DNA from: an uncultured delta proteobacterium | GTDB lineage: Bacteria > Desulfobacterota > Binatia > UBA9968 | Direction: 5' to 3' | NCBI GenBank assembly: GCA_963727625.1 | Contig: CAVSHR010000001.1 | Coordinates: 1 to 64,000, forward strand | Length of the DNA stretch: 64,000 nucleotides | Shown: positions 37,249 through 47,128 of the stretch, piece after piece | Position numbering within the stretch: the first letter of the stretch is position 1 | Layout: every line of letters begins with the position of its first letter | Notes under the pieces: model-generated | Told to the model about the DNA's origin: nothing | Seen by the model: only the letters and a program-made list of their open reading frames with translations | The model's database searches: none | Program-made: the position numbers and the translations under genes

Positions 37249-37572
37249 CTAGGGCCTCATCGACTCGGGGAAATACTTCGATGGCGCCCACACGTTGACG
37301 GCAAAGTGGTTGCAGCCGAGAATGCGCAACTCGCGCATGATGCGAATGTAGTCTTGGGAATCAATGAAGTCGCGCCAGTTGTCCAAGGTCTCGAAGTCGA
37401 TCGTGATGGCGACGTGGGGCGTTACTTCGAGCGGATTGCGGTAGTTGCGAATTTCGATCACGCCCTTATGCCCCAAGGTCGTCGGCAGCCAATCGTTCTT
37501 GGCCTTGTTGGCATAGATCGTCAGATTGGCCTTTTGATCCGGCAGGTCCCATTGAATCACGAAATGCACCAT
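37249..37572 (-). CDS. Small dimeric alpha+beta barrel (EthD/ABM-like) protein, 107 aa
   Basis: Start MVHFVIQWD overlaps the SDR stop (TAATG coupling). Ferredoxin-like pattern IDFETLDNWRDFIDSQDY. Confidence 0.65.
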   Translation of the reverse strand: MVHFVIQWDLPDQKANLTIYANKAKNDWLPTTLGHKGVIEIRNYRNPLEVTPHVAITIDFETLDNWRDFIDSQDYIRIMRELRILGCNHFAVNVWAPSKYFPESMRP

Positions 37573-38363
37573 TATTGGATCCCCCTTACCAAACCTCCGT
37601 CGATTTGAATGGTCGTCCCGGTGACGTAGCTCGCCCGCTCCGAGCCAAGAAAGACGATCACGTCGGCGGTTTCTTCCGCCGTGCCATAGCGTCCGAGCGG
37701 CACCTCGGCGGCCATTTCCTTGTTGACTTCCTCCACCGGTCGGCCAAGCCGCTCGGCCCTGGCCTTGTTGAGCTTTTGCGCCCGCTCGGTGTCGATGCGC
37801 CCCGGACAAATATTATTGATCAAAATTTTGTCGCGCGCCAGCTCCCGGGATAGAGTCTTGGCTAAACCGATCACCGCGCTGCGCACCGCGTTGGACAATA
37901 CCAATCCCGCGATCGGTTCCTTAACCGAATATGAAGTGATGTTGATCACCCGCCCGCCGCCGACCTTGCGCATATGCGGCACCGCCTCGCGGGTCATGCG
38001 CATGGTGCTCATAAAGCTCAAGTTGTAAGCGTTATTCCAGTCTGCGTCGGTGAACTTCATAAACTCGCCCGGGGGCGGACCGCCGGCGTTATTGACGATG
38101 ATATCGAGCCGGCCGAAATGTTGGGCGCTCTGGTTGACAAATTTTTTGATATCATCGGGCTTGGACATATCGGCCACCATGGCCAAAACCTCGCTACCGG
38201 TTTGCTTGCGGATCGAATCCGCCGCTTCGTTGAGCGCCGCTTCGCCGCGCGCACAAATCGCTACTTTAGCGCCTTCTCGCGCAAACCCTAGCGCCGACGC
38301 TCGGCCCATTCCCTGGCTCGCACCCGCCACCAACGCAACTTTGCCTTTCAATCCTAAATCCAT
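37572..38363 (-). CDS. SDR-family oxidoreductase
   Basis: GASQGMG, NNAGGPPPG, SNAVR (variant of YxxxK), YVTGTTIQIDGG. Confidence 0.93.
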   Translation of the reverse strand: MDLGLKGKVALVAGASQGMGRASALGFAREGAKVAICARGEAALNEAADSIRKQTGSEVLAMVADMSKPDDIKKFVNQSAQHFGRLDIIVNNAGGPPPGEFMKFTDADWNNAYNLSFMSTMRMTREAVPHMRKVGGGRVINITSYSVKEPIAGLVLSNAVRSAVIGLAKTLSRELARDKILINNICPGRIDTERAQKLNKARAERLGRPVEEVNKEMAAEVPLGRYGTAEETADVIVFLGSERASYVTGTTIQIDGGLVRGIQ

Positions 38364-38508
38364 CCTGGTTCATCCCCCTGGTAGTTTTCAGTCTGCGGGA
38401 TACTAGCAAACCGCAAATGGCGGGTCAAAAAGACGATATCATTCAACAATGATGGATTGCACGGCCCGGGACGCGCCGCTGCGTCCGTGCCTGTTCAATC
38501 GGTCGAGG

Positions 38509-38754
38509 CTATTTCTGCGCCCAGTAAATGTTGTCGCGAAACTGGGGTTGCAGCCGTTTGATGTAAAGGCAGAGCATGCCGTGAACGCCGAGCTGGCGTA
38601 ACTTGCGCGGGTCGCCGGAACGCAATGCGTCTTTCTCATCCGCACTAAGTTCGTAGTCGCGCATCACCGCCTCGAAATCCTTGAGGGCACGATCATAGAC
38701 CGACTCGTTTATTTTGAGGTCAAACAGCAAACGACTCAAATCATAACAGCTCAC
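38509..38754 (-). CDS. LigA-like small subunit of class III extradiol dioxygenase
   Basis: YDLSRLLFDL...YELSADEKDAL..GD...L..LGVH pattern, directly downstream of a LigB-like gene. Confidence 0.75.
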   Translation of the reverse strand: MSCYDLSRLLFDLKINESVYDRALKDFEAVMRDYELSADEKDALRSGDPRKLRQLGVHGMLCLYIKRLQPQFRDNIYWAQK

Positions 38755-38823
38755 GATGTCCTCCGCTGCGCTTTCGCTTGCAGATTTTTATCCGCGTCGG
38801 CGCATGAGACCCGAGACTCTAAA

Positions 38824-39690
38824 CTAAAGAGAACTCCAACTGACAAAGCCCCAACCGGTGGCGACGAAGTCGGGCATGTAAGCAGTATAGGTCGCCTTGG
38901 CATCGCCGACGGCGCCGACCACGACCATCCAGTTGAGAAACTCCGTGTCGCCCGCTTGCAAAAGATCCTGCACGGAATAGTCCACCAGGCGTTTGCCCTT
39001 GCCTTCGCGCATCACTTCCAGAAGTTTGTGATCGAAGCCTTCGTCGATCTCACCGATGCGTGGCGAACCGGGAAAGTGCGAAAGCCCGCCGGTGGCAAGT
39101 ATCGCCACCCGCTCTTTTGAATGATCGGCGACCTCGCGAATCAGCTGGCCCACTTGATAGCAGCGCCGCGGCGACGGCGACGGATCGACCCAGGTGTTCA
39201 CGTAAACCGGCAAAATTGAAATCTTGGGATCGGGCAGCAAGAAATACAGCGGCACCGTCTGAGTATGCTGCAACTCGATATGTTCGCCGTAAGAAAAATC
39301 GATGCCCTTTTCCATGCCGGCGCGAATGATCGCTTTGCCGAGCTCTTTGTGATTGCGGTAATGAAAATGATGGCGGGTAAACTTTCCCTTGACTTCGTCG
39401 CCGATGGTCACGAAGAAGGTCGGAATATTGTTCCAAAAAAAGTTGACGAACTGGTCGTTAGCGACGACGATCAGCACATCCGGCTTGGCGGATTCGAGGT
39501 CTTTACGCAGGAACGCAAAAGCGTTCTCGGCATCCTGGCGGAGTTTTTTCTGCTGCTCGACGGTGGGTCGGGTCACCGATCCTTGCGGCGCCATGCTGTA
39601 GTGAAGATCCATAAAATCTTTCCACTCGTCGCCGGGCTCGAGAAGCATGTTAGGGGCGTGGCTCGCTGCCAAGGCAGAAACTAACGGCAT
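38824..39690 (-). CDS. LigB-family class III extradiol ring-cleavage dioxygenase
   Basis: Start MPLVSALAASHAP (RBS GAGGAG). KPDVLIVVANDQ, LATGGLSH, IDEGFD, TEFLNW. Confidence 0.88.
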   Translation of the reverse strand: MPLVSALAASHAPNMLLEPGDEWKDFMDLHYSMAPQGSVTRPTVEQQKKLRQDAENAFAFLRKDLESAKPDVLIVVANDQFVNFFWNNIPTFFVTIGDEVKGKFTRHHFHYRNHKELGKAIIRAGMEKGIDFSYGEHIELQHTQTVPLYFLLPDPKISILPVYVNTWVDPSPSPRRCYQVGQLIREVADHSKERVAILATGGLSHFPGSPRIGEIDEGFDHKLLEVMREGKGKRLVDYSVQDLLQAGDTEFLNWMVVVGAVGDAKATYTAYMPDFVATGWGFVSWSSL

Positions 39691-39862
39691 AGGGCAACTC
39701 CTCAATGAATTTATGAAAACCCTATTCCCCGACTCGGGAAAAAGCAAATATGAAATTAGCGGCCGACGGCCCTGTGACAAGAAAGCCTTGTCGCCGCAGC
39801 GGCGCCATGAAGATCAACTCGTATGTGAAACTAACCAGGGCTAGGGCGATTGAAGCAAGTCA

Positions 39863-40000
39863 TCAAAGCATGCGGTAGTTGCGGACGGAGAAATATATCA
39901 ACGCCCCCACGGCCAGCACCGATAAAATCGGGTGGTTCAACGCCCAACCCAGCGCCGGCTCAAAGATATTATTAAGGATGTAGTCGACGAACCTACCCAT
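39863..40000 (-). CDS. 45-aa single-TM small membrane protein
   Basis: Below track cutoff. RBS GGGAGA, then MGRFVDYILNNIFEPALGWALNHPILSVLAVGALIYFSVRNYRML. Confidence 0.6.
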   Translation of the reverse strand: MGRFVDYILNNIFEPALGWALNHPILSVLAVGALIYFSVRNYRML

Positions 40001-40447
40001 GGGTTCTCCCTATTCGCGCGCGGTGATTAACGCCATTTATAACAAAAGCAACTTCTGGTTCAACGAGCAAGATTGGCAGCGAGATTGCGCTGCTCCGTTT
40101 CTTTTCGTTGCAATCTTTCATTCGAGGTTAAGCGTTGACATCGCCGTCGTTGATCGCTCCGACTCCAAGGGGCGCGGCGCGCTGAGAACCCCAACGCTTC
40201 CTTCGGCTTCCTGCGCGGCGTTGCGCAACATGATCCAAAGCAAAATCGCTTCGAGATCGTCCGACGCGCAATTGGTCAGACTATAGCATTTTGAGTAAGC
40301 TTTCAGAAGTTTATTGTACAATCTTGCTCTTTTCCGGCCAAAGCTGTCCCGAAGAGATCCTCAAAGAAGCATTGCATCGACCGAAGAATTTAAGCAAGCA
40401 AGCGAAAAAACAAGCGGTTTTTCACAACGAGAGATCATTCGACCGTT

Positions 40448-40463
40448 TGGCACCGGCGTTGCT
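40448..40463 (+). promoter_or_regulatory. sigma54 (-24/-12) promoter
   Basis: TGGCAC-CGGCG-TTGCT is an exact TGGCAC-N5-TTGCW consensus about 40 nt upstream of ATG 40502. Confidence 0.7.
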
Positions 40464-40501
40464 CTATCTACGGAACATCAATGCCACCGGAGGAGTGATC
40501 G

Positions 40502-40651
40502 ATGAAACTACTGCTCGCCACGATGTTCAAGAAAGTGCCAGTGCGAACGACCAAACAGAGGGTCACACTCTGTAAGCGCTGCGGCACGCGCATCTACTCG
40601 TTGAGCTATCTCAAAGCCCATCTCGAAGCCCACGATAAAAAGAATCTTTAA
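40502..40651 (+). CDS. 49-aa protein with a classical C2H2 zinc finger
   Basis: RBS GGAGGAG (40489-40495), then MKLLLATMFKKVPVRTTKQRVTLCKRCGTRIYSLSYLKAHLEAHDKKNL, containing C-x2-C-x12-H-x3-H. Confidence 0.7.
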   Translation: MKLLLATMFKKVPVRTTKQRVTLCKRCGTRIYSLSYLKAHLEAHDKKNL

Positions 40652-40682
40652 GCTCTAACCGACATTGGTAAGGATATCGACA

Positions 40683-40829
40683 ATGAATTTTTCGCTAATC
40701 TCTTGGAACGAGTTCCGTGAAGCTTTGAAACAACGGCAATCCAGCAATCTTCAACTCTGGCTGCGCCGCTGGAAGTTTACAAACGAAGGGGTCATTCTCG
40801 CCGACCCTCGCATCGCAGGCACGAGTTGA
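40683..40829 (+). CDS. 48-aa hypothetical small protein
   Basis: TAAGGA upstream. MNFSLISWNEFREALKQRQSSNLQLWLRRWKFTNEGVILADPRIAGTS. Confidence 0.35.
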   Translation: MNFSLISWNEFREALKQRQSSNLQLWLRRWKFTNEGVILADPRIAGTS

Positions 40830-40912
40830 ACGCCGCGCTGGTGATCCGATGGATTTTTTCAAGACTAGCGGTTCGCCGTTCTCGCACCCCGAAAACGCGA
40901 TCGTAATACAAC

Positions 40913-41149
40913 ATGCATCGGCTCCAAACAAATTCTGGCCAGGACGTCCCGCGCGCGATCAATCAGCGCTGTAATCACAAGCTGGCCCTTTTGATCGATC
41001 CCACGGATCGTGAACTGCATGAACTGGAACAAATGCTGGCAAGCTGCCCCAACTGCAGCCGCTGGATGCCGGGCGACGGACCGATCATGGCGGTTGTCAT
41101 GAGTCGTGGGAAGAACGCCGGCAACGAGGTGCCCCATGAGCTGGTCTAG
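40913..41149 (+). CDS. Hypothetical small Cys/His protein
   Basis: CNH...CPNC motifs; no clear RBS. Confidence 0.35.
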   Translation: MHRLQTNSGQDVPRAINQRCNHKLALLIDPTDRELHELEQMLASCPNCSRWMPGDGPIMAVVMSRGKNAGNEVPHELV

Positions 41150-41255
41150 ATTCGAGCGTGGCGATTTGAAAGCGGTCACAGTTCTGCGCGCATTGCGAAT
41201 CGCTTAGTCAACCAGAGTCATTACTCAAAGCTGAGTAGTACAACTGAGAAACAAA

Positions 41256-41525
41256 ATGGAAGCCGTAAAAATCATCATGCCCGCCGCCGAACGAAAACCC
41301 TGCGTGTGCGGCGCCACCCTTTATGTCAGCCGTGGATCGACCGACAAACGCAAAGCCGAAGTATGGCTCTGCTCGCGCCACTGCGGCGCACGCGGCCTGA
41401 GCTACGAAGGCGCGCTGCGGCGCAAAGTACGCTTGGACTTGCTGAGTTGGGGCGACCTGCGCCGCAACGCCCGGGCGCTCATCGCCGCCCACGCGGACGA
41501 TGACGACACTCGCCTGTTACAGTGA
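41256..41525 (+). CDS. Hypothetical zinc-ribbon-like protein, 89 aa
   Basis: PCVCG...WLCSRHCG motifs; GC-rich coding-like sequence. Confidence 0.5.
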   Translation: MEAVKIIMPAAERKPCVCGATLYVSRGSTDKRKAEVWLCSRHCGARGLSYEGALRRKVRLDLLSWGDLRRNARALIAAHADDDDTRLLQ

Positions 41526-42029
41526 TTTCAACCTGAAGGCCGCTGAGCCGTCGCGAAGCAGAGACCCAGCGGCGGTCTGCCGGCAAAGTTGCAATTGCCC
41601 GAGAATATCGGCCTCACTTGCGCGAAACCCGACTGGAGACAACAGCCGAAATTCACGGGGCGATTTCTTGCCAATCCAGTCCGAATCCTGCGTGGTCGCA
41701 GTTTCTGCTTCACGGGTAATTTTCAGTTTTCAATAGCGCAATAGGGTTGGGCCTATCCATTCCAGTCGAAAAATACCACGCTAGCGCATCCGGTTTGGTT
41801 CGCCCTGTGCGCGCGAGCACCAACAGAGGTTGACATAGAAAACCCGCATCGGCTATTTTTCGCGTGATACAAGCTTACAGCTTTAGGCTTCGAGACTCCG
41901 TTGTTCTCTTCCTTCAAGGTCGGCAACGGGTCGCTGGATCAGCTAGCTGGATTCCTCAATAATTACCGAAAGAAATTTTACAGCTCTGCATCTTCCAATC
42001 TAAACTTCAACCATCCACAGGAAACAATC

Positions 42030-43307
42030 ATGGCCGAACAAAATTCAGGCGCGGAAGCGTCCGCAGGTCAAACATCGAGATTCGAAATTTTCCGCAATCG
42101 CAACTTTCGCTATTACTGGGCGGGGACGATTTTCTCCAACGTCGGCGAGCATATCGAGAATGTGATTCGAAACTGGTTGATCTGGGAACTGACGCACTCG
42201 GTCTTCTGGCTGATGGTGATGGTTTTCATGCACTGGGTGCCATTCGCTATCCTTTCGATACCCGCAGGAAGCATCGCGGACCGAGTCGACCGGCAACGTT
42301 TGATCATTTGGACGGAGGTCGGCCAGTGCGCCGCGGCCTTTGGCATGTTCTTTACGACCTATCTGGGCGTTATGGACCAGTATTGGATGTCCGGTTGGCT
42401 CATCCTTCACAGCGTGTCGGGGGCTCTAAGCAATCCGTGCCGCCAGCTCCTTCTTCACGACATGGTAGGTCAAGAGCATCTTTTGTCCGGGGTCGCCCTG
42501 ACTTCCTCGCTTCGGTTTGCCACCCAATCGGTCGGCAAACCGATCGGCGGCCTCATTTTGTTGACGCTCGGCACGACGGCTGGTTATTTTGCCAATGCGG
42601 TTGCTTATCTTCCGCTCTTGCTGGCGTTGCTGACGGTCATTCGCGTTTCCCAGAATCAAGTCGCGCGACCACGCCCCGCCTTTGAAGAGTTCAAGCAAGG
42701 CCTCAGGCATATGCAAAGGGAAAAATCCATTATCGCAACCATCTGCGTCGCGATCGCACCGAGCGTATTCGTCGGTAACGGCTTCGACCCGTTCTTGGTC
42801 ATCTATTCCGATACCGTTTTCGGAATGGGCGCCAAAGGCTATACGTACTTTATTACCGCCGTAGGCATCGGCGCGCTGGCCGGCGTGGCGGCCCTGAGTT
42901 ATGTCGGCAATGTTCAGTGGAAGGGGAAAATGCTATTTGGCGGGATATTCGGGTTTTGCTTCAGCATGCTCGCTTTTGCCCTGTCCCGATCCATCGTTCC
43001 TTCTCTGGTCTTTTTGTTTCTCTATGGCTTCTTCCAGGTCATCCACAATACCTCGGCGACCACCATGCTCCTCGAAAACGTCCCTTCGGACATGCGCGGA
43101 AGAGTCATGGGGGTATTTAACTTCGGTCGTCTCGGGCTCCGGGTGGTCAACGGACCATTCTTTACCGTGCTCAACAAACTCGCTCTTTTAGCCACTGCAG
43201 GCGCCTATGCATCCAACGCATTAACGCTCAGCGCGGCAGCCTTGACCGTGGCTTTGCTGACGGTTGGCCTGGCGATTTTAGCCCCGAACGTGAGTAAACA
43301 AAAGTAA
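42030..43307 (+). CDS. MFS transporter (MFS_3/EntS-like)
   Basis: Start MAEQNS (AGGA). FRNRNFRYYW, AGSIADRVDR, VPSDMRGRVMG; about 12 TM segments. Confidence 0.92.
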   Translation: MAEQNSGAEASAGQTSRFEIFRNRNFRYYWAGTIFSNVGEHIENVIRNWLIWELTHSVFWLMVMVFMHWVPFAILSIPAGSIADRVDRQRLIIWTEVGQCAAAFGMFFTTYLGVMDQYWMSGWLILHSVSGALSNPCRQLLLHDMVGQEHLLSGVALTSSLRFATQSVGKPIGGLILLTLGTTAGYFANAVAYLPLLLALLTVIRVSQNQVARPRPAFEEFKQGLRHMQREKSIIATICVAIAPSVFVGNGFDPFLVIYSDTVFGMGAKGYTYFITAVGIGALAGVAALSYVGNVQWKGKMLFGGIFGFCFSMLAFALSRSIVPSLVFLFLYGFFQVIHNTSATTMLLENVPSDMRGRVMGVFNFGRLGLRVVNGPFFTVLNKLALLATAGAYASNALTLSAAALTVALLTVGLAILAPNVSKQK

Positions 43308-43726
43308 CCGGGGGTTCATCCACCAAGCGATGCCCAGACGAGCGACAGATCGCTAAACCGCTGCTGGGCGCCTTCGCTCGCGGTAAAATCAATCAAACAA
43401 TCGGCTTCCATACAAGCGCAAATTTGGGACATGCGTCGTGGAACATTTCACTGGCCTCATTCGCGCCGCAGGACGGGCTGTCTTTGAGTTCAGCAAACTT
43501 GCAACGCGGAGAAAATCAGTCGAGAACACGATGCGCATCCTGGCCCAAATCATCGCAGGCAACGTCTCTCCGCCGATCAACTCCAATCAGGCTATCGAAT
43601 CCAGCGTTCGATACTAGTAGAAATTGGCACTTAACAAAATATGAAAAAATGGTAAAAGAACCCTGCCCCGAGCCTAGTTAACGGCCTAAGCCATTACGGG
43701 ACGAAATTAAATCTGAAGGTCGAATA

Positions 43727-43770
43727 TGGCCGGGGACGGGACCGAACCGCCGACACGGGATTTTCAGTTC
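43727..43770 (-). mobile_element. Degenerate 3' half of tRNA-Phe(GAA), probable att scar of an integrative element
   Basis: Minus strand reads ACTGAAAATCCCGTGTCGGCGGTTCGGTCCCGTCCCCGGCCA: anticodon loop CTGAAAA, T-arm GGCGG-TTCG.TC-CCGTC and acceptor 3' strand. D-arm and 5' half are absent. Confidence 0.75.
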
Positions 43771-44125
43771 CGATATGGTAGCGGGACCATCTGCTACATC
43801 GGTCGTCAACTGAAGGAATTCAAGCATCTGAAGGCACTGCGCTGTCCCTCGATTTTCCGTTCGAAACCCATTGCCACAAATCGCTCCGGCAAAGTCGTGA
43901 CGAAGTAATGCGAAAAACAGGAAATCGGAGCCACGGTCATTCGAATCCCGTTCAAAAATCGACCGTGGCTAACCCCGTGCTAAAGACGCAACGGCCGCCC
44001 GGATGCTACCAACGGCACACTTTGCCGAAGAAGAGAAGGGCGTGCTTTTCGGCAATGGTTCCCTGTAGTTTGTCAGCCAAAGTTGGAACATGTCATAATT
44101 CCGTCGTTAGATCCTTGCCAGGCGC

Positions 44126-45184
44126 ATGATGTTTTTTTTGCGAATAGGTGGAAGTTTTATTCTTGCGGCGATGGTGTTCGTCCAGGGCTGCGCCGCGGTT
44201 CAACTCATTTCCGAGCAATCGGTCGAAAACAAGCTGGCGAAGGTAAAGCTGGGGGCATCGACGAAAGCCGAGATCGAAAACTTATTCGGTAAGGAACACG
44301 GTGCTGAAAACCTTCGTTGGATTTATAACCTGTCGGATACGGCGTTGGGAATTTCCGAACAAAAAACAGGAACGCGGGTCGGAATATTTCCGGTTGAGGT
44401 TGCAACGACACCGACCAACACTCGAGCGCTGATCACCGTGCACTTCACCGGGAGCGGAACGGTGAACGGTTTGGAGGTGGCACGATTCTTTAACCCTCCT
44501 TTCACCAACGACTACTGGTACCTTATAAACGGGGGCGCGGAGAAGATCCTGAAATCGGCCGAGCGTGCCGGCGAAACAAGTAATTTTCGCGTCGTCGGCT
44601 CAAATACCTCAGCCGGCAGGTTCGCGCTGGAAGACAGCCTGAGCAAGGCTCAAATCACCGTGACTTTAGCGAAACAAACCCTTCACATCAGCTCAATAAA
44701 TCCTTACGACCCGCTGGCTAACGAGTATCGCGTGTTTACCAAACGCGAGAGCGCGTTTATCGATAAAATATCGGCGTTGATCGCCGGACAAGAGCCGGCT
44801 TGGCTACGGGCAGAAACGAACGCTGACACGCTTAGACGTAACAATCGTATTCCCAGCAACACCACCGGGCAACGGCCTACTAAATCGTTTCGGAACAACG
44901 AACTCGCTCCGACCCACTCTCCTGAACTTACTGCCAGTCCGCCCGCTACCCCACAACAACTTTCGAAGACAGCCCACCTGTCATGGAAAGACAATAGTGG
45001 CAATGAAAACGGCTTTAGAATTTATCGAATCACAGGCAACCAAAAGATAAAGATAGCCGAATTGGGACCCAACACCACCGCTTATATTGACAAAGACGCT
45101 CCGCCCAAAGCGTGTTTCGCGGTGACCGCATTTAATTCCGCTGGGGAGTCTTCCCCGACTAACAAAGTTTGTCTGCCAGATTGA
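44126..45184 (+). CDS. Lipoprotein with BamE/SmpA-like N-domain and C-terminal fibronectin type III domain
   Basis: Lipobox FVQG-C. VKLGASTKAEIENLFG..RWIY. FN3 LSWKDNSGNENGFRIYR...VTAFNSAGES. Confidence 0.75.
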   Translation: MMFFLRIGGSFILAAMVFVQGCAAVQLISEQSVENKLAKVKLGASTKAEIENLFGKEHGAENLRWIYNLSDTALGISEQKTGTRVGIFPVEVATTPTNTRALITVHFTGSGTVNGLEVARFFNPPFTNDYWYLINGGAEKILKSAERAGETSNFRVVGSNTSAGRFALEDSLSKAQITVTLAKQTLHISSINPYDPLANEYRVFTKRESAFIDKISALIAGQEPAWLRAETNADTLRRNNRIPSNTTGQRPTKSFRNNELAPTHSPELTASPPATPQQLSKTAHLSWKDNSGNENGFRIYRITGNQKIKIAELGPNTTAYIDKDAPPKACFAVTAFNSAGESSPTNKVCLPD

Positions 45185-46387
45185 CGTGCTCCGCGTACTT
45201 GCGCGCACGCTCGTCCATCCGGATTTCCAATGCTTTGCGTCTCTGTGGATCGGACATAATTCTGATCGATCCACTTTTCGGCGACACGTAAGGCAGCGGC
45301 CTCCGTGGATGACTTTGTATCAAAGCGGGGTGTGTATCACCGCCGGCAACTTCGACTCCATCAAGCCCGAAGGTTTTCGGCTTTAGCTCCGCCCATCCAT
45401 GCCAGCGTCCGGCTTCTTCCCAAGACGACATTACGAGTTCATAGTCATTGTAGAAATTGACCATCGTTTGTGGCTTTGCCTGCTTTGGCCTCGCCCCGAT
45501 TTTGCCCGGGGGGGGGCGCTTCCCTAGTTCCGCTTCTTCCCGACAGACGATTCCTGGGCATCGGGCAAGTGAAACAAACGGTACCCAAGCATAAGGACGG
45601 TTAGGGGCGTGCGGCTTCGCAAAACCGATGAATTGCGTAACTGCCAAGACGTTCCAAAGTTCAATGGGTTCTTTGGGCTTCTGGGTGTTGTCCGAGATCG
45701 AACGCGAAAAACCTAGAACTGAAAAGAGTCTATTTCGTCATAACCGAGACTAGCACCGGCTTGTTAAAATACTGATTGGGTCTGATTGTTGCCTCGTCTC
45801 TTGTACATCCGCACGCTAGATTCACGAACAAAACTCATTGAAAGATTTTCGGATCGAATCTCTCCGTCCCTGGTTTCATATTCAGTCTCTATAGCCGGGC
45901 GATCTGAAATTGACGGGCAGCTGTTGCTGACACACCGTAAGTGTACATGCTTATAATCAATGTATCCCCCCACAGCGTGAAGTACTTCGGGAACGCGCTC
46001 GAAACCAAATTGCCCGTTTGACTGATCGCGCCGTGCGCTACCTTCACGGTCGAGAATTTTGATGTTTTCAATCGCGAGGGAAAAAAGGGATAAGCCCAAT
46101 TATTGAAAGTCGAAGGTCCCCCTTGCTGGGGCAACAGGAAAAGAAAACCAAACGACACGAGGATTCTAGATTCTCGTAGCGCGTGTAGCATCGAGAAATC
46201 ACAATGGAATTTTTCTGCTTTGCCATGACTTTGCCAGTAAAATAACCCCCACCCTTCTAATCCATTCACGTCTCACAGAACGAATCAACGAAAACCACAA
46301 GAAATATCATGGCCGATTCGGTATGGTGCGACACGGGCAAAGCGGAATGTTCAAGCAGAAAGTCTGACTGGCTCGCAAACGGGAATC

Positions 46388-47128
46388 TCACGGTGCACGG
46401 AAAGCGATCGGCCCCATGAAGGATTCAGCCATTGAGTGGGTGTCATTCGAGTCGATCGAAATCGTGATGGCTCTGGGGTCATCGGGAGCTTCGCCGAATA
46501 TCTTCGCGTAGTCCTCGGCGACGTTGCGGTGTTCGGTCAGCCACTTGCCGAGGTCTCCTGATCCGGACCTCATCACCACGAACGTCACCGTCCCGGTCTT
46601 TTCGCTCTTCACGATTGTAGCCGCCGGAGTCGTCGCGTCCCAGACATAGCCGATAATCCGCGAGCGAAGGAATCCGGGAAACCTCGGCCATACGACATAG
46701 AGTTGGGCAGCCAGATCCGTGGTTTCTTTGTGCCGTAAGTCGCCGCCCACCGGGAGAATCGTGGCCTTCCAGTTCCACTCCAGGATTGGGGTTTCCTTCA
46801 AATTAACCTTCCCTGTGATGTCTCTTACGATGGTCGAATGATCGTTTCGACTCTTTAGGTGGAGAACCCGCCGGCCAACGGCTTGCTCGATCGTGAAATC
46901 ATAGTCGGCTCGCCGCCCAAAGGCTTCGCCCGTCCATCCCGAAGGAATCCCTCTTCGACTCACCGCATCCGTCAACCAGTCCTCAATCACGACGGCGCGA
47001 GCAGTGCCGGCAGCCGTGAGAAGCGCAAGGAAAGCCGCGGACATCAAACCCACCCACACATTCCTGGAATTCAGAAAGCCAAGATAAAACATTACACGCT
47101 CCAACTCGTCATGACGCTCTCGTGGCAT
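46388..47128 (-). CDS. DUF3047 family protein
   Basis: TPILEWNWK...GGD...D.AAQLYV...IGYVWD...VMRSG...W..E.RNV..DY...FG...DSNDT. True start is probably downstream of 47128. Confidence 0.8.
   Translation of the reverse strand: MPRERHDELERVMFYLGFLNSRNVWVGLMSAAFLALLTAAGTARAVVIEDWLTDAVSRRGIPSGWTGEAFGRRADYDFTIEQAVGRRVLHLKSRNDHSTIVRDITGKVNLKETPILEWNWKATILPVGGDLRHKETTDLAAQLYVVWPRFPGFLRSRIIGYVWDATTPAATIVKSEKTGTVTFVVMRSGSGDLGKWLTEHRNVAEDYAKIFGEAPDDPRAITISIDSNDTHSMAESFMGPIAFRAP

Noticed and set aside
43310-43720. Integrase remnant beside the att-like scar
   Set aside because: The translations examined show no tyrosine or serine recombinase motifs that I can recognise.
43727-43800. Intact tRNA-Phe gene
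   Set aside because: The 5' acceptor strand and D-arm are missing, and the T-loop and anticodon stem are degenerate.
45159-46269. ORFs 45159-45647, 45764-46099 and 45889-46269
   Set aside because: No recognisable motifs or clear RBS, and the last two overlap each other. They may be decayed genes but cannot be supported.
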